From contig JADFRJ010000001.1 in NCBI GenBank assembly GCA_022561355.1, positions 1 to 57,081 on the forward strand: 57,081 nt of DNA, read 5' to 3'. Below are positions 9,143 through 18,325 of the stretch, one piece after another. A program made the translations under genes and the position numbers. How positions within the stretch are numbered: the stretch's first letter is position 1; each line of letters opens with the position of its first letter. This DNA is from Chloroflexota bacterium. GTDB taxonomy: Bacteria > Chloroflexota > Dehalococcoidia > DSTF01 > RBG-16-68-14. The notes under the pieces are model-generated. The model ran no database searches, was not told the DNA's origin, and saw only the letters and a list, made by a program, of their open reading frames with translations.

Positions 9143-11919
9143 CGCAAGCAGCCCTTAGGCTGAGCGCTCTTGCGGAGAAGAAGGAGAAAGGCAGCCAGAC
9201 CTATGGCTCCTGGCAGGACATCTATCGCGAGAAGTGGACGTGGGATCGCGTCGTCAAAGGGACGTGCAACCGCGCCGACTGCATCGCTGCCTGCTCGCTA
9301 GACCTGTTCGTCAAGGATGGCATCGTCTGGCGGGAAGAGCAGAACGCTATCTTCGAGCAGACCAACGAGACGGTGCCGGACTTTAACCCGAGGGGCTGCC
9401 AGAAGGGCATCATTTACAGCGACCTGATGTACGACGCTTCCCGCATTAAGTACCCGCTGCGACGGGTCGGCGAGCGTGGCTCAGGCAAGTGGGAGCGGAT
9501 CTCCTGGGACGACGCCTTGACGGAGATCGCCGACAAGGTACTGGACGTCTGCAAGGAAGACGGCCCGGAGAGCGTCATCTACGACTTCGGGACCACGAAC
9601 ATCGACTTCGGACCCGGAACGCCTGCCGAGCAGCATCTCATTCGCCTAATCGGCACGACGTCGCTCGATGAGTGGGCCGGCGTTGGGGACCTGCCCATGG
9701 GCGCCATCCAGACGTGGGGGCTATTCACCGCCGATGGCACCTCCGACGATTGGTTCAACGCTGAGACGATTATCGTCTGGCTGGGCAATCCTGTCTACAC
9801 GCGAGTGCCGGACGTCCACTTCATGTTCGAGGCGCGCTACAACGGCGCTCGGGTCGTCACGATCGCGCCCGACTATAACGCCACGGTGGTGCACTCCGAT
9901 CTCTGGTTGAATCCGCGCGTCGGCACGGACGCCGCCCTGGCGCTCGCGATGTGCAACGTGATCGTGGAGGAGGGGCTGCAGAAGAAGCGCTACGTTCAGG
10001 AACAGACCGACCTGCCATTCCTGCTGCGCGAAGATACCGGCCGCTTCCTCCGTCAGTCTGACCTCGCCAAGGACGGCAAGGATGACATCTTCTACATCTG
10101 GGACCTAGCCACCAAGACGCTGCAAGAGGCGCCGGGGACGAATGGACAGCCGGAAGCGTCGATCGATCTGGGCGATCTCGATCCCGCGATGGAAGGCGAG
10201 TACGAGATAGAGCTGCTGGACGGCCGGAACGTGACCGTACGACCCGCCTTCATGGCGCTCAAGAAGCGGTTAGACGAATACACGCCGGAGCGGGCGGCCG
10301 AGATCACGGGAGTCGGCGCCGGCATGATCCGGCGTTTGGCCCGCCAGGTAGCCGAAAGTCCCGCCACGATGATCTTCTGCTCTTGGGGGTCCTGCAAGCA
10401 CTACCACATGGACTTGGTACAGCGATCCATCATTCTGCTGCTCGCGCTCACCGGCAACACCGGCAAGCGTGGCGCCGGCATGCGCATTGGCGCTTGGTGG
10501 AACATGTCCCTCAGCTACGACAAGGCAGGCGTCGGAGCGCTCGCGGCGGCCGGTGGTGACGCGGAGCGGCCTAAGGTCCGCGATGTTGAGAACATCATGA
10601 AGACGCTGATGAAGGCCAACTCTACGATCAGCCCAACGATGCCGTTTCTCTACAAGCACGACAAGGGCTACGCGAAGCTGGTCAACACGCCGGGGTATCA
10701 CGATCCCGATCTGAAGCGCCCCATCAGCGAGTACATGCAGGAGGCGTTCGACAAGGACTGGATGCCCGTCTACCCCAGGGACGGCAAGACGCCGCGCGTC
10801 TTCCTCTACACAGGCATGAACCCGCTGCGGCGCTGGCCGGCGCCCGACGTCATCCGCGAGAACCTGTGGGCAAATTTTGAGCTGATCGTGACGTGGGAGT
10901 TTCGCATGTCCAGCTCCGCCATGTACTCGGACATTATCTTGCCCGCGGCGGGATGGCACGAGAAGTCCGGCATTAAATTCTGCCAGAGCTACGTGCCGTA
11001 CATCTGTGTCGGTGAACAGGCCGTGGAGCCGCTCTACGAGTCGAAAAACGAGTTCGACATCATGGCCAACTTGGCCGAGACGCTCGAACGGCGGGCAAAG
11101 GAGCGGGAGGAGGCGCCGTACAAGGATGCCTTCGGCAACGAGCACGATCCGCGCGAGATCTTCCGGCTCTGGAGTTTTGACGGTGAGTTCGGCGAAGGCG
11201 ATGCTGAGAAGGCGCTGAGCGTCCAGTTCGAACTTTCGGACCCGGTTGGAGATGCCACGTGGGAAGAGGCGGCTCAGAAGGGGGCCGTGCCCGTTAAGTC
11301 GACCGGAGGCTACGGGCCGATCACCGCCATCACGAACGATTTCAAGGAAGGTGAGACGCTCTATCCGTTCGCGTGGTTCGTTGAGGGCAAGGAGTCTTGG
11401 CCAACGCTCACCGGTCGCCAGCAGTTCTACATCGATCATCCATGGTTCCTGGAGGCCGGCGAAGAGCTGCCGACGCACAAGGAGCCTCCTCCCGCCGGCG
11501 GCGACTACCCACTGCGTATGACAGGTGGACATACGCGATGGAGCATCCACTCCATCTGGAGGAGCAACCGCACGCTCCTGCGGCTCCAGCGCGGAGGTCC
11601 CGTGATGTACATCAGCACACAGGACGCGAAGGAGCGCGGCCTGAAAGACCACGATGAGGCGCGGGTCCGGAATGACGTAGGCGAGTTTAAGGTCAGGGTC
11701 AAGCTGGCGCCCAGCGTTCAGCCCGGCCAGGTGGTGATGTATCACGCCTGGGAGCCCTACCAGTTCGAGCAGTGGTCCAGCCAACAGGCTGTGAACCCCT
11801 CGCCGTTGAACCCGCTTCACCTAGTGGGCGACTACGTCCAGCTCCAGTACCGCTTTGCGCTCGCCCAGCCCAGCAATATCTCCCGGGCGATGACCGTAGA
11901 GCTGACGAAAGTGACGTGA
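9139..11919 (+). CDS. type II DMSO-reductase-family Mo-bisPGD catalytic alpha subunit A1 (NarG/EbdA-like, no signal peptide)
   Basis: 926 aa. N-terminal Fe-S (FS0) region GTCNRADCIAACSLDLFVKDGIVWREEQ...NPRGCQKG. NarG-like GDLPMGAIQTWG segment. C-terminal FYIDHPWFLEAGEELPTHKE. GGGAGGTG RBS. The maximal ORF contains no RR motif. Confidence 0.9.
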   Translation: MTQAALRLSALAEKKEKGSQTYGSWQDIYREKWTWDRVVKGTCNRADCIAACSLDLFVKDGIVWREEQNAIFEQTNETVPDFNPRGCQKGIIYSDLMYDASRIKYPLRRVGERGSGKWERISWDDALTEIADKVLDVCKEDGPESVIYDFGTTNIDFGPGTPAEQHLIRLIGTTSLDEWAGVGDLPMGAIQTWGLFTADGTSDDWFNAETIIVWLGNPVYTRVPDVHFMFEARYNGARVVTIAPDYNATVVHSDLWLNPRVGTDAALALAMCNVIVEEGLQKKRYVQEQTDLPFLLREDTGRFLRQSDLAKDGKDDIFYIWDLATKTLQEAPGTNGQPEASIDLGDLDPAMEGEYEIELLDGRNVTVRPAFMALKKRLDEYTPERAAEITGVGAGMIRRLARQVAESPATMIFCSWGSCKHYHMDLVQRSIILLLALTGNTGKRGAGMRIGAWWNMSLSYDKAGVGALAAAGGDAERPKVRDVENIMKTLMKANSTISPTMPFLYKHDKGYAKLVNTPGYHDPDLKRPISEYMQEAFDKDWMPVYPRDGKTPRVFLYTGMNPLRRWPAPDVIRENLWANFELIVTWEFRMSSSAMYSDIILPAAGWHEKSGIKFCQSYVPYICVGEQAVEPLYESKNEFDIMANLAETLERRAKEREEAPYKDAFGNEHDPREIFRLWSFDGEFGEGDAEKALSVQFELSDPVGDATWEEAAQKGAVPVKSTGGYGPITAITNDFKEGETLYPFAWFVEGKESWPTLTGRQQFYIDHPWFLEAGEELPTHKEPPPAGGDYPLRMTGGHTRWSIHSIWRSNRTLLRLQRGGPVMYISTQDAKERGLKDHDEARVRNDVGEFKVRVKLAPSVQPGQVVMYHAWEPYQFEQWSSQQAVNPSPLNPLHLVGDYVQLQYRFALAQPSNISRAMTVELTKVT

Positions 11920-11935
11920 GAAACGAGGTGCAGTG

Positions 11936-12586
11936 ATGCGTGTAGGCCGAGTGGACGCGAAAGACGAGGAGTTGCTGAGCCCTGACTCGAAGGCTTGGCA
12001 AGAAGCCCCGGTCAACGAGGTCGTGCTGTCGCCGGCGCCGCTCGAAATGCAGCCGACTGAGTACATCCGTGTTGCTCGAAACGGCCGTCCATACGGCGTC
12101 CTTTCGAGCATGAAGGTGAGCGCCTTGCACAACGGCGACAGTGTATTCTTCCACTTGATCTGGCAGGACGGCTCTGAAGACGGACCGATCAAAGACATCA
12201 ACCAGTTCGCCGATGCCGCGGCCGTGATGTTCCCGATGGTCGAGGATGCGCCGCTCATTGGCATGGGAATCAAAGGCAAGCCAGTGAACGTATGGCTGTG
12301 GCGCGCTGACTGGGAGCGGCCGAAAAACGTCGCCGCGGAAGGGATGGGGACGACGGTGCGCCGGGACGATCCGGCACTCTCGTCGGCCGCGCGGCACGCC
12401 AATGGACAATGGGACCTGATCGTCGCTCGATCGCTGAACGGAAAGCGCGCGCCTCAGGGAACCGTCGCGCTGGCGCCCGGAACGGTAACGAAGATCGCAT
12501 TCGCCGTCTGGCAGGGCTCCGAGCAGGAGCGCGCCGGCCTGAAGGCGTTCTCTCCCGACTGGCAAGAGCTAGAGCTTGATGCGTAG
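11936..12586 (+). CDS. EbdC-like heme-b gamma subunit of a type II DMSO-reductase enzyme, lacking a signal peptide
   Basis: Shares the MG...PVN(V/I)W.W(R/K)A and FAVW.G...ER.G.K..S motifs with the gamma at 44049-45041. The ATG at 11936 lies 5 nt after GAGGTG; a GTG at 11933 is also possible. There is no hydrophobic N-terminus. Confidence 0.75.
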   Translation: MRVGRVDAKDEELLSPDSKAWQEAPVNEVVLSPAPLEMQPTEYIRVARNGRPYGVLSSMKVSALHNGDSVFFHLIWQDGSEDGPIKDINQFADAAAVMFPMVEDAPLIGMGIKGKPVNVWLWRADWERPKNVAAEGMGTTVRRDDPALSSAARHANGQWDLIVARSLNGKRAPQGTVALAPGTVTKIAFAVWQGSEQERAGLKAFSPDWQELELDA

Positions 12587-12604
12587 CGGAAAGTAGGACC
12601 CGCC

Positions 12605-13657
12605 ATGAGTGAACGACAACTCGCGTTTGTCTTCGACCTCAACAAGTGTTTGGGCTGCCAGACGTGCACCATTTCGTGCAAGACGCTCTGGACGGACCAG
12701 CCGGGCATGGAATACATGTGGTGGAACATCGTCAATACGATGCCCGGCCGGGGCACGCCGCGCGATCGGGACGAGATGGGCGGCGGCTTCGATGCTGAAG
12801 GGCGCGCGCGGGCCGGCGTGCTGCCGAGCGCAAAGGACTTCGGAGAAGCTTGGGATTTCAACTACGAAGAGGTCTTCTACGAAGGGAAGGGCCAATCGGC
12901 ATACCTCCACCCGCGCAACCCAAGCGCGGACGGCAAGGACGAAGCTCCGGAGTGGGGGCCGAACTGGGACGAGGACCAGGGCGCGGGCGAATACCCCAAT
13001 AGCTACTACTTCTACCTGCCCACGATCTGCATGCACTGCACGGAGCCGGCCTGCCTGGCCGCCTGTCCTCGAACGGCGATCTCCAAGCGCGAAGAGGACG
13101 GCATCGTCCTCATCGATGAGGACCGCTGCGATGGCTATCGCTTCTGCATGGAGGCCTGTCCGTACAAGCGCATCTATTTCAACCCGGACCGCTTCATCTC
13201 ACAGAAGTGTGTCATGTGCTTCGCGAGGCTGGAGGAGGGCGTCGCGCCCGCTTGCGTTCGCCAGTGTCCTGGGCGCGTTCGCCACTTCGGCTATCTGGAC
13301 GACGAGGAGAACGACGTCTTCAAGCTCGTTAAGACCTGGAAAGTGGCGATCCCATTGCACCCCGAATTCGGCACAGAGCCCAACGTGTACTACGTGCCGC
13401 CGCTCGCGCCACCACGCTTCGACGAGAACGGGGAGATCGATGAAGAGAATCCTCGCATCCCCATGGAGTACCTGCGCTCGCTCTTCGGCCCGGCGGTGGA
13501 TCAAGCGCTCGCGACGCTCAAGCTGGAGATGGAGAAGACGCGGCAGGGAGGGAAGTCTGAGCTGATGGACATTCTGATCGCCTACAAGTGGCAGAACATG
13601 TTCATTCCGTTCGTGGAGGACCCGGGAGAATTGAGCCGCCCGGCGCCGAAGTCATGA
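12605..13657 (+). CDS. four-cluster Fe-S beta subunit (NarH/EbdB-like) B1
   Basis: Cys clusters CLGCQTCTISCK, CMHCTEPACLAACP, CDGYRFCMEACP and CVMCFARLEEGVAPACVRQCP. 350 aa. Paralog of 24825-25853. Confidence 0.9.
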   Translation: MSERQLAFVFDLNKCLGCQTCTISCKTLWTDQPGMEYMWWNIVNTMPGRGTPRDRDEMGGGFDAEGRARAGVLPSAKDFGEAWDFNYEEVFYEGKGQSAYLHPRNPSADGKDEAPEWGPNWDEDQGAGEYPNSYYFYLPTICMHCTEPACLAACPRTAISKREEDGIVLIDEDRCDGYRFCMEACPYKRIYFNPDRFISQKCVMCFARLEEGVAPACVRQCPGRVRHFGYLDDEENDVFKLVKTWKVAIPLHPEFGTEPNVYYVPPLAPPRFDENGEIDEENPRIPMEYLRSLFGPAVDQALATLKLEMEKTRQGGKSELMDILIAYKWQNMFIPFVEDPGELSRPAPKS

Positions 13658-14334
13658 TGCGTATCGAGGCGCTCGACACGCCGGAGGGAATCGCGGCGGC
13701 TGGCCACAGCCGTCTCTATCGGCTGCTTGCGGACGGGTTCTCCTACCCGGACGGCGAATCGTTCGACGCGCTCAAGACGGGCGAGTTTCGTAACTACGCG
13801 ATGGCAACGTGCGGGGACTTGCCGTACGACCTGGAGCCCGTCTTCGATGGGCTGGTCGCGTCGGGCACGTACACCGACTTCCAGGCTGAGTACCTGCGCA
13901 TCTTTGAGGTGGGTCTTGGTGTGCCCCCGTGTCCGCTCTACAGCGGGCTCTTCCGGGGTGGGCGAAAGGCTGTGATGGAGGAGCTGGCGCGGTTCTATAG
14001 CTATTTCGGGTTGTCGATTGAACACGGCTCCGGAGAACTGCCCGACCACATCACTACTGAGTTGGAGTTCATGCACTTCCTGGCGTTCAAGGAGTTGGCC
14101 GCGCTCGATCAGCAGAAGGACCCGGAGCCGTACCGGCGTGCCCAGGCGGACTTCCTGGAGCGCCAGCTCACGAACTGGCTGCCCGATCTGGAGAAGCGCT
14201 TGCAAGGCCTGGAACCGCCGCCGTTCTACGCGGCGTTGGCTTGGCTGACGAACACCGCGGCGCGCGCTCACCTCGCCGCGCTCGATGGATCGCTCGATCG
14301 TAACGTCTCGATTTCATTGGAGCAGGTGCGATGA
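13654..14334 (+). CDS. NarJ/TorD-family delta chaperone D1
   Basis: The ATG at 13654 overlaps the beta stop (ATGA). The segments AEYLRIFEVG...PLYSG and LPDHITTELEFMHFLAFKE are shared with the delta at 43289-44071 (PDHISIELEFMHLVTCKE). Confidence 0.8.
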   Translation: MMRIEALDTPEGIAAAGHSRLYRLLADGFSYPDGESFDALKTGEFRNYAMATCGDLPYDLEPVFDGLVASGTYTDFQAEYLRIFEVGLGVPPCPLYSGLFRGGRKAVMEELARFYSYFGLSIEHGSGELPDHITTELEFMHFLAFKELAALDQQKDPEPYRRAQADFLERQLTNWLPDLEKRLQGLEPPPFYAALAWLTNTAARAHLAALDGSLDRNVSISLEQVR

Positions 14335-15455
14335 TCCCGGCAATCTGCGTCGTTGGGCGAAAGAACAGCGGCAAGACCATGCTCATTGAGCGGCTCCTGC
14401 CGGAGCTGCTGGCGCGCGGCCGCAAGGTGGCCACGATCAAGCACGATGCCCACGATTTCGAGATCGACCTGCCGGGGAAGGATACGTGGCGCCACCGCCA
14501 GGCCGGCAGCACGACCACGATCATCTCATCCTCATCGAAGCTCGCCATGGTGCGCCTCACAGATGGCGATTCGCCGCTGGATGACTTGCTGCGCATGGTG
14601 GACCGGTCATACGACCTCGTCCTTATCGAAGGTCTGCGGCGCAGTGCGTGTCCGAAGATCCTTGTGCACCGGCCTGAGGTCGGCGATCCGCCGGGCGTTC
14701 TTGGTGACATCTGGGCCGTCGTCGGCACGCAGATGCCGGACATCGATGGTAATCCGCCGTGCATTCGGCCGGAGAACGTCGGCGCGCTCGCTGACCTCAT
14801 CGAAGAGCGGCTGCTGGGCGGGCCGGTGCAGACGCCGGCCTGGAACCTGCCAGCGCTGCTGGCCGAAGCGGGCCGCCACCACGGCCACATCTGTCCCGGA
14901 CAGGTGCTGGGAGTGCGGATGGCGATCCTGGGATGCGAACGGTTGGGGATCTACGACCCGAAGTCATCGAAGCGCCTGATCACATTTGTTGAAACCGATC
15001 GATGCGGGACGGACGCGGTGCAAACCGTGACGGGATGCACGCTTGGCAAACGGACGTTGAAGTTCGTCGACTACGGCAAGCTTGCCGCCACGTTCCTCGA
15101 TATGGACACGGGCCGCGCTGTGCGCATCGCCGCCAGGGAGAGCGCGCGCGACGCCGCGCTGCGGTTCGCGCCGGATGAGGCGGACGCGCATGCCGCGCAG
15201 TTGCGAGCGTACAAGGCGCTGCCCGCGGACGACCTGTTTAGCGTTCGGGAGGTGCGGGCCACGTTGGCTGAGGCGGAGCTGCCTGGCCGGTCGCGCGCGC
15301 GCGTCGTCTGCACAGCGTGCGGCGAGGGAGTCAGCAACGGCCGCGAGCTGTCAGTCGCGGGAAGAACGGTGTGCCGCGCATGCGCCGGCGTTCCGTACTA
15401 CGACGAAGTCGAAGCTGCAGTCGGAGTTCAAGAGCATCAGGATGGAACTCTCTAG
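14331..15455 (+). CDS. MobB (MGD biosynthesis adapter, P-loop) fused to an FmdE/FwdE-like domain with a C-terminal zinc ribbon
   Basis: The N-terminal part has the P-loop VVGRKNSGKT, IKHDAHDFEIDLPGKDTWRH and LVLIEG. The C-terminal part has HGHICPGQVLGVRMA, ETDRCGTDAVQTVTGCTLGKR and CTACGEG...VCRAC. ATGA overlap with the delta gene. Confidence 0.8.
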   Translation: MIPAICVVGRKNSGKTMLIERLLPELLARGRKVATIKHDAHDFEIDLPGKDTWRHRQAGSTTTIISSSSKLAMVRLTDGDSPLDDLLRMVDRSYDLVLIEGLRRSACPKILVHRPEVGDPPGVLGDIWAVVGTQMPDIDGNPPCIRPENVGALADLIEERLLGGPVQTPAWNLPALLAEAGRHHGHICPGQVLGVRMAILGCERLGIYDPKSSKRLITFVETDRCGTDAVQTVTGCTLGKRTLKFVDYGKLAATFLDMDTGRAVRIAARESARDAALRFAPDEADAHAAQLRAYKALPADDLFSVREVRATLAEAELPGRSRARVVCTACGEGVSNGRELSVAGRTVCRACAGVPYYDEVEAAVGVQEHQDGTL

Positions 15456-15472
15456 GCAAATGGAGGCACATC

Positions 15473-18325
15473 ATGGCCCGCAAAAGCGCATTTGAGAAGG
15501 CAGAAGGCACCGCCGAACGCTATCGGAATCGCTGGCGCTGGGATTCGGTGACCTGGGGCAGCCACTGCGTCGACTGCTATCCCAGCAACTGCCCGCACCG
15601 GGTGTTCGTGCGCGACGGCAAGGTGGTGCGCGAAGAGCAGGCCGGGACATTCCCCGTCATCGAGCAGGGCGTGCCGGATATGAACCCGGCCGGCTGCCAG
15701 AAAGGCGCGATGTGGAGCCAGATGCTCGACGGCGAAGACCGCGTGATCTACCCGATGAAGCGGGTAGGGGAGCGAGGCTCCGGCAAATGGGAGCGCGTAT
15801 CTTGGGATGATGCGCTGACAGACATCGCCGACAAGACGATCGACGCTATCCAGGAGTATGGCTCGGAGTCCCTGGTACGCATCGGCGAGCCGGCCGAAGG
15901 CGGCACCCAGGTGCTGGTCTGCGCGAGCATGCTGGTGAACGTGCTCGGCGGGATCACCACCGACGTGCAGGCCGAGATCAACGACTTCAGCCCCGGCCTC
16001 TACATTACGTATGGCAAGTTCGACCCGGCCGCCAGCGTTGACGACTGGTTCCACTCGGAGCTGATACTCATCTGGCACTGCAACCCGGTCTACACGAACA
16101 TCCCCTGGTACCACTACGTCGCGGAGGCTCGCTACAACGGCGGTGAAGTGGTGCTCTTCGCGCCGGACTACAGCCCGTCCGCGCTCCATACGGACGTGTT
16201 CGCGTCCGTGCGTCCGGGGACCGACGCGGCGCTCGCGCTTGGCATGTGCCAGATCTTAATCGCAGAGGGGCTCTATCACGACGACTTCGTGAAGGAGCAG
16301 ACAGACCTGCCCTTGCTGGTGCGAACGGATAACCGCCACTTCCTGCGCGCGAGCGATGTCGATGGCGGCCGGGACGATCAGTTCTACTGGTACGACAAGG
16401 TGACGAAGAGCGTCGTCGAGGCGCCTCGCGGGACGCTCGCATTAGGCGACGTGAATCCGGCGCTCTCCGGCGAATTTGAGGCGACGCTCGCGGATGGCTC
16501 GAAGGTTGGCGTGACGCCGGTCTTCGCGCTGCTCCGCGAAACGCTCGACCGCGACTACACGCCGGAGAAGGCTTCGGAGATCTGCGGCGTGCATCCGGAC
16601 GTGATGCGCCGCGTGGCGCGCACGGCAGCTCGCAAGCGCACACGGCTGCTCATGGGCTGGAACTCCGGCAAGTACTACCACGGCGACCTCATGGAACGGA
16701 CGATGGCGCTCTTCCTGGGGCTGACCGGCAACTGGGGCCGCAAGGGTACCGGCGCCCGGTCGTGGGCCGTGGGCTGGTACGAGGGGATGTTCGCGCCGCT
16801 GGCGAAGGCGAAGCCGGGCCGCCAGGCCGCTCGAGACATGCAGAAGATGCAGAAGCAGTTCCTGGCTGCCATGAAGGCGGAAGACCCCACCATGACCGAC
16901 GAGATCGCTGTGGTGGAGCAGGAGTATCGCAACGCGCGCATGGGCGGCATGGTGCCGGCGGTGTTCTTCTGGTACTACCACTGCGGCTTCCGGGAGCGAT
17001 GGAACAAGGCGGAGTGGAACGACCCCACCATGAAGCGCACCTTCGACGAGTACATTGAGGAGGGCATCGAAAAGGGCTGGTGGGAGGGCTTCCGCACGCC
17101 GGACGAAAAGACACCCCCACAGGTGATCTTCGAGATCGGCAGCAACGTCCTGCGACGCACGCGAGGCGGCCAAGAACTGTTGTTGAAGGAGTTGTGGCCT
17201 AACACGAAGCTGATCGTCACGTGGGACTGGCGGATCAGCACCACCGGACTCTGCTCGGACTACATCCTGCCGGCGGCGCAACACTACGAGAAGACGAACT
17301 TCTGCTACCAGACGCCACACATCATGAACCTGACGTTCTCGGATAAGGCCGTCGAGCCGCCGGGCGAGGCGAAGTCGGAATGGCAGATCACGCTTGCCTT
17401 GGCGAAGAAGATCGAGGAGCGCGCGAAGGCGCGCGGCTTCACGGAATACGAGACTCGCGGCATCACGCGCCGTCTCGATAATCTCTACAACGATCTGAGC
17501 AAGGACGGCGCGTACGCGGAAGATGAGCGTTTGATGGACGAGATGGTGCGGGATAGCGCCACGTTCGGCGTGCTGCCCAAAGGGACGAACCTCGCGACGA
17601 TGCGAGAGAAGGGATTCGTGCGCTTCACGGACTGGGGCGTTAGTTCGATGACGCTCGCCCAGGCTTCTGAGCTGAAGCCCGACGAGGCCCACGCCCCGTT
17701 CCGTAACCACACGGAGAAGAAGGAGCCGTTCCCGACACTGACGCGCCGCGCGCAGTTCTACATCGACCACGACTGGTTCCTGGAGGCCGGCGAAGAGCTG
17801 CCCGTGCACAAGGAGACACCGATGCAGGGTGGCGACTATCCACTCCTGCTCACGTCGGGCCACCCGAGGCACAGCATCCATTCGATGAACATGACGAGCA
17901 AGCTGATCCTGCAGACGCACCGTGGCCACCCTTCGATGTTCATCAGTCCAGAGGACGCCAAGGCGCGCAAGATCAAGAACAACGAAACAGTGCGGATGTA
18001 CAACGACGTGTCGTCGATCATCATCGACACGAAGGTCTCGGCGCTGGTGAGGCCGGGCCAGGTGATCGTCTATAACGGCTGGGAGCCGTACCAGTTCAAG
18101 GACTGGAAGGGCAGCGAGAACGTGGAGCCGGGCATGGTCAAATGGCTTCACCTGGCTGGAGGCTACGGCCATCTCCGGTATCGCAGTCTCCACTGGCAGC
18201 CCGTGCCGATCGACAGGGCGATCCATGTGGACGTAGAGAAAGTGAAGCCGAAACGCATTGCCAAGGCGAAGGCAGGCGCCAAGCGATCTGGGAGTAGGAA
18301 GCGGAAGACGCTTGCGCGTGCATAA
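15473..18325 (+). CDS. type II DMSO-reductase-family alpha subunit A2 (no signal peptide, basic C-terminal tail)
   Basis: ATG at 15473 after GGAGGCACATC; the track ORF's upstream extension overlaps the MobB-FmdE gene. Motifs: GSHCVDCYPSNCPHRVFVRDGKVVREEQ, NPAGCQKG, NDFSPGLYITYGKF and KWLHLAGGYGHLRYR. The tail is KVKPKRIAKAKAGAKRSGSRKRKTLARA. Confidence 0.9.
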   Translation: MARKSAFEKAEGTAERYRNRWRWDSVTWGSHCVDCYPSNCPHRVFVRDGKVVREEQAGTFPVIEQGVPDMNPAGCQKGAMWSQMLDGEDRVIYPMKRVGERGSGKWERVSWDDALTDIADKTIDAIQEYGSESLVRIGEPAEGGTQVLVCASMLVNVLGGITTDVQAEINDFSPGLYITYGKFDPAASVDDWFHSELILIWHCNPVYTNIPWYHYVAEARYNGGEVVLFAPDYSPSALHTDVFASVRPGTDAALALGMCQILIAEGLYHDDFVKEQTDLPLLVRTDNRHFLRASDVDGGRDDQFYWYDKVTKSVVEAPRGTLALGDVNPALSGEFEATLADGSKVGVTPVFALLRETLDRDYTPEKASEICGVHPDVMRRVARTAARKRTRLLMGWNSGKYYHGDLMERTMALFLGLTGNWGRKGTGARSWAVGWYEGMFAPLAKAKPGRQAARDMQKMQKQFLAAMKAEDPTMTDEIAVVEQEYRNARMGGMVPAVFFWYYHCGFRERWNKAEWNDPTMKRTFDEYIEEGIEKGWWEGFRTPDEKTPPQVIFEIGSNVLRRTRGGQELLLKELWPNTKLIVTWDWRISTTGLCSDYILPAAQHYEKTNFCYQTPHIMNLTFSDKAVEPPGEAKSEWQITLALAKKIEERAKARGFTEYETRGITRRLDNLYNDLSKDGAYAEDERLMDEMVRDSATFGVLPKGTNLATMREKGFVRFTDWGVSSMTLAQASELKPDEAHAPFRNHTEKKEPFPTLTRRAQFYIDHDWFLEAGEELPVHKETPMQGGDYPLLLTSGHPRHSIHSMNMTSKLILQTHRGHPSMFISPEDAKARKIKNNETVRMYNDVSSIIIDTKVSALVRPGQVIVYNGWEPYQFKDWKGSENVEPGMVKWLHLAGGYGHLRYRSLHWQPVPIDRAIHVDVEKVKPKRIAKAKAGAKRSGSRKRKTLARA

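Noticed and set aside
15317-15472. N-terminal extensions offered by the ORF track for A2 (15317), A3 (18421), SCP2a (6030), FAD2 (6928), SCP2b (8618), delta-1 (13588), the C-N hydrolase (22145) and gamma-6 (43989)
   Set aside because: The extensions overlap the preceding gene out of frame and have aberrant composition. Each is followed by an internal ATG with a good GGAGG-type RBS at the point where family similarity begins. The RR pairs in the A2 extension have no hydrophobic h-region, so they are not a Tat signal.
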